Below, in pieces: positions 1 through 9,043 of a stretch of 64,000 nt of DNA. The DNA comes from Carpediemonas membranifera BICM (lineage: Eukaryota > Protista > Fornicata). The stretch lies in NCBI GenBank assembly GCA_019828565.1, contig JAHDYR010000012.1:1116001-1180000 (forward strand), given 5' to 3'. Position numbers and translations under genes: made by a program. The notes below the pieces were generated by a model, which saw only the letters and a program-made list of their open reading frames with translations, did not search any database and was not told the DNA's origin. Every line of letters begins with the position of its first letter. Position 1 is the stretch's first letter.

Positions 1-1
1 C

Positions 2-586
2 AGAGTGCGCCTGACGAACCACATCTTGCGTCAAAAGCACTTCCACAGAGCTGGGGAGCAGCTTGCTCGCACCCTAGGATGGACTCCTCGGCGACTCCCT
101 CGCGGTATTGCTCCTCCCCGGGCAGCCCCCACCAGGCTGGTTGTCTTCTACAGAAGCGCTAGATTCAAGACGCCCCGTCGGGTGCATCCATGCGCGCCGT
201 ATGGTCGCTTTGCAAAATCACTAGCACACATCATGAGAACTTTCAACATCACTGCTGAAGTGCGGATGACTAACGAGTTCCGAACCTCACTCGTCTGCCC
301 CTTCTGCCGCGCGAGGTTCCGTAGAACTCGCTACACGAGGCGCACGATGCGATGCCACAACCCGAATTGTCAAGGTGCTCCATGGTACAGACAGCAACGC
401 CTCAATTCCGATCCTACTACATCCACTTGGCTCAATCTCTCCCATAGAGACAAGACTGCTGCACAGAACATCTTGGATTGCAGCCTCATGACGGATGCAC
501 AGTATAACAAGCCAGTGCTTTCAGAAATCCAGCCCGTCTTCCCAACTATAACCCCAATACACCAATTACGGCTAACCAGCCGCTAG
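2..586 (+). CDS. Fanzor (eukaryotic TnpB-like RNA-guided RuvC endonuclease), C-terminal part; 5' end lies outside the window
   Basis: Frame is open from the window edge. Motifs in order: VVFYRSARF, APYGRFAKSL, NEFRTSLVCPFC (Glu codon 275-277), CHNPNC, HRDKTAAQNI (Asp codon 449-451). This matches the Fanzor (D/N)EfrTSxxCxxC...CxxxxC...RDxnAAxNI RuvC/zinc-ribbon pattern. Codon use is less GC3-biased than in host genes. Confidence 0.85.
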   Translation, partial: RVRLTNHILRQKHFHRAGEQLARTLGWTPRRLPRGIAPPRAAPTRLVVFYRSARFKTPRRVHPCAPYGRFAKSLAHIMRTFNITAEVRMTNEFRTSLVCPFCRARFRRTRYTRRTMRCHNPNCQGAPWYRQQRLNSDPTTSTWLNLSHRDKTAAQNILDCSLMTDAQYNKPVLSEIQPVFPTITPIHQLRLTSR

Positions 587-680
587 TCTTCGCCTCCGGG
601 CAAGCTAATTAATTGAAGTGGAGAGACGCACTGCTTGCACTGTGCACTCTATGATACTTCACGCATTCGATCCGTTTATC
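569..680 (+). ncRNA. Candidate Fanzor omegaRNA scaffold and guide
   Basis: Three consecutive hairpins overlap and follow the Fanzor stop: 569-582 (CGGCT-AACC-AGCCG), 584-607 (TAG/CTA, CTT/AAG, GCC/GGC, loop TCCG) and 614-661 (TGAAGT/ACTTCA, AGAG/CTCT, GCAC/GTGC, TGC/GCA). This is the expected position for a TnpB/Fanzor omegaRNA. Boundaries are inferred. Confidence 0.5.
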
Positions 681-705
681 CGTCTAAGAGCGAGCTACTG
701 TACAA

Positions 706-1479
706 TCATTGCCGCATAGCTGCGACGCTGTCCTCCAGCAGCCTGAACAGCGTCTCTTCCGTGCTCTTCCGGTCGCGCCGCTCCTGGGCAATTTCCGTCT
801 GTGTGCGGGTCGCCACGTCCTCCAGCATATTGAACATGGTCTGCTCGGTCTCCTCCCGCACTTTCCTCTCCGTCGCCAGGGTTTCATTCAGCGCGGCGAC
901 CTCGTCCTCGAGCTTCTTTGCCATGCGGGTATACCGCTCCGACCGATCGTGGTGCTCCATCTCCAGCAGCTCATTCAGCCGCGCGATCTCAGCTGCCACC
1001 TTCTCGTCAACCTCAGCACCCTCCTGCTCCCGAGCCTTCCTGTCGTTGGCAAACTCAAGGCGAAGGGCGAAGCATCGATCATCAATGGTTTTGACGAGCT
1101 TCGCCTCGGCGTCTTTGCGTGTCGACTTCTCGGTCCCGAGGTCGTAGACGACGGTGGACTCGACTTGGCGCAGATTCTTCCCCATGCGCTCGTCCTGCGC
1201 CTCTCGCTCCGATCGAGCAGTGGCAATGGACTGCTGCAACCGAGTGAGGCTGTCTTTCATGTCGTTCATCTTGGTCTCTTCAGCAGCGGCGGACTTGGCG
1301 AGCTTCTCCTCCAGGACACGCAGCTTCACCTCGATGAGCTGGGATCGCGCCTGCTTCTCGTCCTCTAGGCCAGCTTGGAGCGAGCCAAGCTTGTCAGCAA
1401 TCTGTCTCATGCGCATACGGCTGTTCTCAGTGAGTGCTTGCGGTTCTCCCACCGGCATTTGGTGACGAGACTCGTCCAT
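706..1479 (-). CDS. SF-assemblin / beta-giardin family striated-fibre coiled-coil protein
   Basis: About 257 aa from MDESRHQ. Short head, then a segmented coiled coil with repeated ExxxRE motifs (EKSTRKDAE, ERKVREETE, ERRDRKSTEETLFRLLE). Confidence 0.8.
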   Translation of the reverse strand: MDESRHQMPVGEPQALTENSRMRMRQIADKLGSLQAGLEDEKQARSQLIEVKLRVLEEKLAKSAAAEETKMNDMKDSLTRLQQSIATARSEREAQDERMGKNLRQVESTVVYDLGTEKSTRKDAEAKLVKTIDDRCFALRLEFANDRKAREQEGAEVDEKVAAEIARLNELLEMEHHDRSERYTRMAKKLEDEVAALNETLATERKVREETEQTMFNMLEDVATRTQTEIAQERRDRKSTEETLFRLLEDSVAAMRQ

Positions 1480-1760
1480 TGTTCTGTCACCAAGGTCAGG
1501 GTCAACCCCAGGTGGGAATGGCGGGACTGCTACGGCCCGGTATGTACTGTGGATGTTGGCCAACAGTGGCATTGCAGCGTGGTCGCCTTGCCTCACTGTC
1601 AAAGAGAATACGATCTCACTGCCGACTTAAAAGATGGGTTATAAACGAGGGGAGGAGGCAGACAGCGCAGTATCAAGTGATTAACTGGCCCTTCCTACAA
1701 CTACGTGGCACAAATGCCGCCTGGCGTTATTCTGCGAATTTTCGGGGCAGGCTTCCACAC

Positions 1761-3968
1761 ATGGGCTCTGGCCGGGGATCCGCTCCAACATCACCAAAGA
1801 AGATTGGAAGTGCGCATGGAACTCCTAGAAAGGGAGTTGGCAGTGCGCACAATACGCCTAAGACATCTGTGTTCTCATCTGCAGATATGAAGTATAGGCC
1901 GCACGAGATCGACACACTGTTCAACGCGAAATGCCGAGACCTTGGCATTAAGAGCCTTGGTCCTCAGCTTGAGCGTTTTAGATACTATATGTTTGCTCAC
2001 TGCAACAAAGACGAGTTCAACCTCGTCGAGAACCACCTCGGCCCGCAGTCCGCCGCTGTGATCGCGGGCATTCTCAAGGTAGGGGATCGCCCCAACACTG
2101 TCACGACACTGAACCTGAATGGCAACCAGCTGGGCGACGCCGGTGTTGCCAAGCTCGTGCCTCTTTTCAACCTAGAGGCGTCGAAGCTGAGCACTATACT
2201 GCTCCGCTCCAACGACATTGGCCCCGCTGGAGCCGTCAAGCTGCTCAATGCGATTGCCACGTCGCCCGTGGTGGCGACGCTGGACATCGGCGGTATCTCG
2301 GGCGTCAACAGGAACCACATCGGGCGGGATGGGTCTGCGGCCCTCGCTTCCTGCCTCGAGACGAACACCAAGCTGGTCACGCTCGACATCTCGGCCAATG
2401 GGATCGGTCCCGAGGGCGCGACCGAGCTGTGTGCCGGTGTCGCGGCCAACCACACGCTGCAGACCCTCGAGCTGTCGTCTAACAACCTCGAGCAGGCGGG
2501 CATGTCAGCCCTTGCACCAGGCCTCGCCGTGACCGGCCTGACGAAGCTCGGGCTGGCCGCCAACCAGCTCGGGGACAGTGCCGCCAGCATCCTCGCCACC
2601 GAGGTCCTCGCCGTCAACCCCTCGATCGAGAAGATCGACCTCTCCGCGAACACCATCACGGAGAATGGCGCGGGCGTCCTGGCTGAGATCCTGAAGCTCC
2701 CCCCGGCCGCAGAGGTCACCGCGAAGAAGCGCCAGATCGAGCAGAGCCAGCGCTTCGCCGACGAGCAGCGGGCGCGCATCGAGAGCAACCTGCCCCCGGC
2801 CCTCTCACACACTCTCTTCGACCCTCAGACCCCCGGCACCCCAGGCACTCCCATGTCGGGCGCCTCCCCGGGCCCCACGACGCCCACCACACCCATCGCC
2901 ACGGCCGCCGCTCTCGACTTCTCCGGCATGTGCGCGTTGACCGTTCTTGACCTCACTGGTAACAAAATCGGGCCTCATGGTGCCATCGCCATCTTCGAGG
3001 CCCTGGAAATGAACCAAACCCTCGTCGAGCTCCGTGTGGGCAAGAACGGCCTCACCGCGCAGTGTGTGGACGCCATGTCCGTGGCGCTGAAGGGCAACCA
3101 CACGCTTCAGGTGCTGGACGTCTCCCACAACACCCTGGGCGATGCCGGGGCCGAGGCAACCGGTGCTGCCCTCAGGACCTGCCCGGCCATCCGCACGCTC
3201 GACCTGTCGTCGAACCACATCAGTGATCGCGGCGCTCTTGCACTGGCGGACGGCATCAAGACGAGCTACACCCTTCAGAACCTGAACGTCGCCGACAACT
3301 CTATCGGCGACGACGGCGGGCTGGCCCTGTGTGACGCTGCAACCCAGTCTGCGGGGCTCATTTCGATGGGGACGAAGTTGAACCGCATGTCGTACAAGAC
3401 GAGCATGCAGATTAAGGACGTCATGAAGGGCCGCAGCCTGGAGTTCAAGAAGGGCATGGCGGACCGTGTCCAGGTCCAGGTCCAGCGGCTCCAGATGACG
3501 AAGCAGCAGCTCGACGAGGCCACACATGAGCTCGAGTCGGCCCGCAAGCGCCGTGAGACCACCGAGGGCTCCTTCCAGTGCACTGTGAAGGAGATGGAGA
3601 TGATGCAGGCGGCCAGCGAGGCGGAGATCGCCGAGTTGGAGCAGTGTCTCGATGTCGCCATCGAGAAGAAGGACGTTGTTGCGAAGGACCTGCAGGCGCT
3701 GAACCACGAGATCGGGGAGAGTAAGGCGTACTCCGCCTCTAAGCTCCGGATGCTCGCAGCTAAGACACAGAGGGAGGCGGAGGCGGTTCGTCAAATCCAG
3801 AAGAAGGTCAAGAACATGCAGGTGGCCCACAAGGATGTGAAGACGAAGCTGGATGTGGAACGGAGCGACGTGCAGCGGAAACTGGACGTGCAGACCTCAC
3901 AGTACAACATCATGAAGAGCAGGCTCCAGCGGAAGCAGGAGGAGTTCGATCGCCGTTCCGGGAAGTAG
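1761..3968 (+). CDS. RNI-like (NLRC3-like) leucine-rich repeat protein with C-terminal coiled coil
   Basis: Many LxxLxLxxNxIGxxGA 28-aa repeats in two blocks and a heptad-rich C-terminus. Likely start is MGSGRGS at 1761. Confidence 0.85.
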   Translation: MGSGRGSAPTSPKKIGSAHGTPRKGVGSAHNTPKTSVFSSADMKYRPHEIDTLFNAKCRDLGIKSLGPQLERFRYYMFAHCNKDEFNLVENHLGPQSAAVIAGILKVGDRPNTVTTLNLNGNQLGDAGVAKLVPLFNLEASKLSTILLRSNDIGPAGAVKLLNAIATSPVVATLDIGGISGVNRNHIGRDGSAALASCLETNTKLVTLDISANGIGPEGATELCAGVAANHTLQTLELSSNNLEQAGMSALAPGLAVTGLTKLGLAANQLGDSAASILATEVLAVNPSIEKIDLSANTITENGAGVLAEILKLPPAAEVTAKKRQIEQSQRFADEQRARIESNLPPALSHTLFDPQTPGTPGTPMSGASPGPTTPTTPIATAAALDFSGMCALTVLDLTGNKIGPHGAIAIFEALEMNQTLVELRVGKNGLTAQCVDAMSVALKGNHTLQVLDVSHNTLGDAGAEATGAALRTCPAIRTLDLSSNHISDRGALALADGIKTSYTLQNLNVADNSIGDDGGLALCDAATQSAGLISMGTKLNRMSYKTSMQIKDVMKGRSLEFKKGMADRVQVQVQRLQMTKQQLDEATHELESARKRRETTEGSFQCTVKEMEMMQAASEAEIAELEQCLDVAIEKKDVVAKDLQALNHEIGESKAYSASKLRMLAAKTQREAEAVRQIQKKVKNMQVAHKDVKTKLDVERSDVQRKLDVQTSQYNIMKSRLQRKQEEFDRRSGK

Positions 3969-4150
3969 ATAAACGACTGTAGTTAAACTGCGAACTGCGT
4001 TATTTATTCCGCGTCGGGCAGACAGATGATGCCTGTTTGTGTTGTTTGGTTAAGGTTGCGTGAGGTGTTTGTTTTGTGTGTTTTCAAGCTATGTACAGCT
4101 GACAACCCGCTAAGTGAATAGAAGGCTGTCAGCACAGTAAAGAGACTTAC

Positions 4151-5329
4151 CTAGATGTCACTGGCGGTCTGGTAGACCCCTTCCCCGGTCTTCCGCAGCG
4201 GCCCGCCCTCGTCGTTGGTGTGAATCCACCCGAGTAGCCGCATCAGCTGCAGCACCACGGCGTCGCAGTCCCCCAGCAGCTGGATGTCGAAGGCATGCCC
4301 GTCAGCGACAGTTTCCTTGTTGATGAGGATCTGCGGGACGTCCGATGGGATCTCCCGAATGATGTTGCAGACGGGCTGTACTTGGAGTGACGACCCCATG
4401 ACGATGAGGAGGTCGGCCTGGGAGAGGTCCAGGTCGATGTTGTCGTCGAACTGCTGGTTGAGGCCGCCCCCGAAGAACGTCACGTCGGGCTTGACAGGGT
4501 TGTTGCAGAACTGGCAGAACGGTACCTTGCGGTTCTCGATGCAGTCGGCGACGTAGTCGTCATCTGGACACGTCCGGCCACAGCCGACGCAGATGTTGCG
4601 GTCGAAGTTGCCGTGGCACTGCACGCACCGTCTGATGCCGGCCTGCCGCTCGAGGCAGTCGATGTTCTGCGTGTAGTTCCGCAACAGCTGGCCCCGCCGC
4701 TCCAGCTTTGCGATGAACCAGTGGGCCAGAGACGGGCGGGTGCGGGTGTCGGGGAGGATGCGGTGGGCGAACGAGTAGAACAGACTGGGGTCCTTTCGGA
4801 AGTAGTCGAGGTCGAAGAGCTGGGTCGGGTCTTCGAGGTGTGGGTACTCTCGGCGCACGGTGTCGTATAGCCCACCCGAGCTCCTGAAGTCCGGGATTCC
4901 GCACGAGACGCTGATCCCGGCTCCAGTAAGGATGAGTATGCGGTGAGAGCACCGGAGGAGATTCAATGCCGCGCCCAGGGTTGAAAACTCAGGCAGGCGG
5001 CGCCTAGGAAGCTTGCATTGGCGGTCTGGTGTAACGGGCTGCTCCTGCTCAACAGTGATCGGCTGGATCACGTTGAGGGCCGTAAGATCGATACTCAGAG
5101 GGCTCATGGCCATCTGCTCATTCGCTTGATTCATTTCAAGCGAACAAGGCAAGCTTTCAAGGTTCGGCGAGGGAGTTGATGCCGGGAATGGAACACTCAT
5201 CGGCATCGACATTGCTTCCTCGATCAAAGTCAGGCTGGCTGGCCTCTCGATGAACTCCGTACCCCGAATATCCCCGAGGAGCTCGGGGAAGTGCAAAGAA
5301 TCGAAGGTACGCGCCAACTCAAGGCGCAT
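4151..5329 (-). CDS. SIR2: NAD-dependent deacetylase, class I sirtuin (Sir2/SIRT1-like)
   Basis: TGAGISVSCGIPDFRS, YTQNID, QCHG (catalytic His), CVGC/CQFC zinc site, KPDVTFFG, GSSL and LLGDCD motifs. Confidence 0.93.
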   Translation of the reverse strand: MRLELARTFDSLHFPELLGDIRGTEFIERPASLTLIEEAMSMPMSVPFPASTPSPNLESLPCSLEMNQANEQMAMSPLSIDLTALNVIQPITVEQEQPVTPDRQCKLPRRRLPEFSTLGAALNLLRCSHRILILTGAGISVSCGIPDFRSSGGLYDTVRREYPHLEDPTQLFDLDYFRKDPSLFYSFAHRILPDTRTRPSLAHWFIAKLERRGQLLRNYTQNIDCLERQAGIRRCVQCHGNFDRNICVGCGRTCPDDDYVADCIENRKVPFCQFCNNPVKPDVTFFGGGLNQQFDDNIDLDLSQADLLIVMGSSLQVQPVCNIIREIPSDVPQILINKETVADGHAFDIQLLGDCDAVVLQLMRLLGWIHTNDEGGPLRKTGEGVYQTASDI

Positions 5330-6220
5330 TCTTCAATTCTTCGTTTGCAAAATTTGCATGAAAAAAGCTGGCAAGATTGATCGGCGAGATCAGTCGCACG
5401 CCAGCGAATTATGTCTGGAGCAAATGCCAACACATACCTACTGGTCTGTTAAAAGCAAAAAATCGCAACATTTGCGCCAGTCCCGCTTGAACCATGGTCT
5501 GTAGTATCTGGAGCTGGGCCCTGACTCAGCTCGGGCAGCAGGGTCATCATCGCATAGAACATCGCGTCCTGTCTTGTAAATTCTCCCCTCGACTCTCAGC
5601 CCCCGCGACGACGACTGCCGGTTGTCGTCTAGCCGCCACTGTCCATGGGCAGTTTAGTGAGAATTTTTTTTCGATAACTGCATAGCCTACCCCACACGAA
5701 CAAGGGGCTACCACTTCACTGGCTTTCAGACTGCGTCTGGGTGGGGTTAGATGACATATTCGGGTGGTCCGCCGACTGACTGTCCCGAGTCGGATCTGCC
5801 GACAGTAGCCTGGACCCAGGCTCCCGACATCTGGGTGATGGCCGACAGGGCAGGTCAGATGCGATTGACTGGATTGCATGGCCCTGAAGGGGTGGAGCGA
5901 AGGAGCGACTCAGGCGCCTTGAATGTCTCGCGGGGGGGCCCCGGTTCCCCCGGGGCGGGGGTCGTCTCCTCCACTGGCATGCCAATACCCGCTGCCTGCT
6001 CGCGGTCTGTTGAGATCCTGACAGTGATAGGGAGCCCGGCGGCGCGAGCATTCCAGTGCTCCTCATCCACAATGCCTCTCACGGCGATGATGGCACTCGG
6101 CACGACAAGACCGCAATGAGGGGATAAATCAGCAAGCAGCCTTCAAACACAATGCGTGAGCGTCATCAGGGTTAAATGGTGTATTTTAGTCTAAGGCTGG
6201 CAGGTAACATGGTAACATGT

Positions 6221-6892
6221 TCAGATGCGATCCGGGTCCCGGATAAAGATCACGGGCTCTCTAATGGCGGCATACCGTGCCCCGAGCGAGTAGTTCGCAG
6301 GTTTGGGCATCTCCTTATGCTGTGGGGCGAAGGTGCGGGCTGGGGGGAGGGCGGACTTGGGCTGGACAGCTGCCCTGGGCGACGGCTCCTGAGCCTGCTC
6401 CGAGTGGGAGGTCCGGGGTCGCCCAGGCGGGACCTGCTGGATCATGCCCGATATCTGCTGGCCGTGTTCGTCCCTGAGCTCGGAGGGGTCGTTGAGGCCG
6501 AGGAGCTTGGACGCCTTGAATCGGAACTTCTGCAGGTGGGACGCAATGTGGTGTCGCTTGATAGAAGGGTCGTTCAGCTCGGCAAGTATGGACTTCGGCG
6601 AGGCGGTGCGGAGGCCGATGAGGAGCACAGCCTTCTCGAAACGTTGGTGTTGGTCCTTCGACCAGATAAGCCGAGCGGATTGCTCCTTTGCGCGCTTCTT
6701 CCGCGTCCTAGTTGGCTGAATAGAGATAGGATAAATGTTCTGGTCCTGAACTTCCACAGCTATGGAGTTTGGAAAGGTTACAGGTGCCGCTGATCCAACC
6801 ATCGTCGGCATTGCGGGGTCCGTTGTAGGGGGAGGTTGTATGAGTCTTTGCGAGCCGGGAACATACGCCACATGCGTATTTGAAGGCTGCAT
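6221..6892 (-). CDS. GARP/G2-like (SHAQKYF-class) Myb transcription factor
   Basis: RLIWSKDQHQRFEKAV...ASPKSIL...HIASHLQKFR, preceded by basic RTRKKR. Probable start is MQPSNT. Confidence 0.85.
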   Translation of the reverse strand: MQPSNTHVAYVPGSQRLIQPPPTTDPAMPTMVGSAAPVTFPNSIAVEVQDQNIYPISIQPTRTRKKRAKEQSARLIWSKDQHQRFEKAVLLIGLRTASPKSILAELNDPSIKRHHIASHLQKFRFKASKLLGLNDPSELRDEHGQQISGMIQQVPPGRPRTSHSEQAQEPSPRAAVQPKSALPPARTFAPQHKEMPKPANYSLGARYAAIREPVIFIRDPDRI

Positions 6893-7321
6893 GTCGTATG
6901 CAACGACAGTTCTTCTGTGCACATTTTTTGACGAAAAAATTCGGTCCGAAAAGATTCGTTCAGGGCCTAAGCACATCGCCGGGACCAAACACCATCAAAC
7001 TTGACACAACACCGCCATTGCCTCAGATATTCGCTCTGATTTTGGAATTCCAATTAAATCTTGAAATATCTTCGCTCGAAATAGCTGGTCCAAATTGATT
7101 TCAAGATCCGATTCGATCAGACCGATTGACTGGCTGGATCACCCTCAGCACCCGTCCGGCCCCACAGTACTGTTCACCCCTCTGGCCATCATGTTCATCA
7201 TCTCCAAATCAGATGATCAGAGGCTGATTATTTTTCATATCTCACAGACCTGCCATGTTGAGATCACGCCAGCTGTATTCCATAAGGTTTACTTAATCAT
7301 CCTAAACATACCCGCCTACGT

Positions 7322-8410
7322 CTACAAGAACCCGAGCAGCTGCTCCAGCGTCTGCTCGTGTCTCGGCTCGGGCTTTGGGATGCCCTCGATCAGGTCGTCG
7401 ACCTCACCTGTCCGTCCGATACCACCCACCACCGTCAGCGCACCGTTGCCAGGGCCCGCCTGCCGACCGGGCAGGGCGTCCTTGCCGTAGACCGGGGCGG
7501 GTGGCAGGGCGCCCGGGGTGGGGTTGGGCAGGGGCGTAGTCGCCATCAGGTCGATCAGCGTGACCTCCTCGGGCGATGTGGGTGACATGGGGGCGGTTCT
7601 CTCGTGGGGCCGGCCGGTGCAGAGGTCGTCGTACTCCTGAATGACGGCTTTGATTGATTCAAAGGCATCGACGTACCGCTGGACCGTGTCGGGGGCCATC
7701 TTGGCGAGGAACGTCCACTCGCCGATGACCTGCTCCATCCTGTCGATGTACAGCTGGCAGCGACCACGGGCGGCGTCGAGCCCTCGGGTCGGACCGGTCG
7801 CCGTCGACAATTCACGTCGGAAGGAGTCGACCTGCTTGCTGAGGCGGTCGATGTCCTCGTCCAGCTTCTTGCTGGCGGTCATGTTGGCCTGTTCCTGCGC
7901 CGTCTTCACCGGCTCAGGGGGCCGCTGGACCTGGCTCTGGTCGGACGGGCCGGGAGGAAGCTGTCGGATCTGCATGGGAACGGCGGCGGCTGTGAGTGCT
8001 AGCTGGACGGCCTGGAGATTGATGGCCGTAGGGAACAGCGTCAGCCACTCGAGAACGTGGTCGGCTGCCTCGCGGCGGTACGCGGGGCTGTCGACGCGGA
8101 TGACGCTCTTCACAAACACATCGGCGAACTTGGGGCGGTCCACTGCGTTGATGAAGCCAATAAGGTTCTTCAGGCCGGCATCGATGAGGAGGAGCGTGTT
8201 TCGAAGGGTGCGGTCGTCTGTGCTGTACCGCAACGTGCGTCGGATCGCTACAAACGCATCATGGATGCCTTCGTTGCCCTTGAGCTGGATTTGATCGAGA
8301 AGGGAGATGATGGGACGGTAATCGCCAACAGGGTTCGTGTGAGGCGAGACAGCTAGGCGCAGGCGATCGGCCCATGACTGATAGAACGTTAGCGTGTCAA
8401 TAAGACCCAT
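7322..8410 (-). CDS. VHS + GAT-like domain protein (TOM1/GGA-like trafficking adaptor)
   Basis: N-terminal helical VHS-like pattern (IISLLDQI...DAFVAIRRTL...TLLLIDAGLKN), then a helical bundle ending FESIKAVIQEYDDL and a Pro-rich tail containing LIDL. Confidence 0.65.
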   Translation of the reverse strand: MGLIDTLTFYQSWADRLRLAVSPHTNPVGDYRPIISLLDQIQLKGNEGIHDAFVAIRRTLRYSTDDRTLRNTLLLIDAGLKNLIGFINAVDRPKFADVFVKSVIRVDSPAYRREAADHVLEWLTLFPTAINLQAVQLALTAAAVPMQIRQLPPGPSDQSQVQRPPEPVKTAQEQANMTASKKLDEDIDRLSKQVDSFRRELSTATGPTRGLDAARGRCQLYIDRMEQVIGEWTFLAKMAPDTVQRYVDAFESIKAVIQEYDDLCTGRPHERTAPMSPTSPEEVTLIDLMATTPLPNPTPGALPPAPVYGKDALPGRQAGPGNGALTVVGGIGRTGEVDDLIEGIPKPEPRHEQTLEQLLGFL

Positions 8411-8551
8411 TTCTGTAGTGTCTACACGCTCATGAATTGCGAACCATGTCGTTCGTATGCGATGGCACAGTCGCCGAGTCGTGAAGGCAGCCAAACAAGC
8501 TTGGCAGACCACAACACAGCCCAGGAGCACGCTAATACCGCTAATATATCT

Positions 8552-9010
8552 TTAATCAAGCCGTGCGGCGCCCTGCATCGGGTTATTCACCCGCGCAGCC
8601 ATGCTGCTCCTCACACCGCGCAGCATCTTCACGGCAGTCTTCATCGTAGGCCGGTTTTTGGGCTCCTGGTCCCATAGCTTCGTCACAACGTCCATCAGCG
8701 CTGGGTACGCGGTGAGGGTGCGGCGAGGCTCGGGCCGAATTCCGTCGTTGATCTTCTTCATCGCTGAAAACGCCGACTTCTCGCTGGCGAAGGGGAGCTC
8801 CTCGGAGAAGAGGGCGTAGATGGTCATTGCGAAGGAGAAGACGTCCGCCTTCTGATCGTAGTCGCCCCGCTGGAGAAGCTCGGGGGCGGCGAAGCCCATG
8901 GTGCCGATGTTGGTCATCGTCTTGGTCGTGTTGTTGACGGCCAGACCGAGATCGCCGACCTTGACGCGGATCCTGTTCTTACGAACCTTCTCCTCGACTG
9001 ATACGAAGAA

Positions 9011-9043
<33 letters not shown>

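Noticed and set aside
1434-1760. ORF-track N-terminal extensions from TTG/GTG/CTG starts (also 46210, 56693, 62023, 25739)
   Set aside because: The context is eukaryotic. Downstream ATGs give sensible N-termini and avoid overlap with divergent genes.
5743-5750. Telomere-like GGGGTTAG
   Set aside because: It is a single unit and not tandem.
5716-6119. Short overlapping ORFs (5751-6119 +, 5855-6103 -) and a GC hairpin at 5938-5956
   Set aside because: There is no recognisable motif and no clear host codon bias, so a coding strand cannot be chosen. The 7-bp GC stem is expected by chance.
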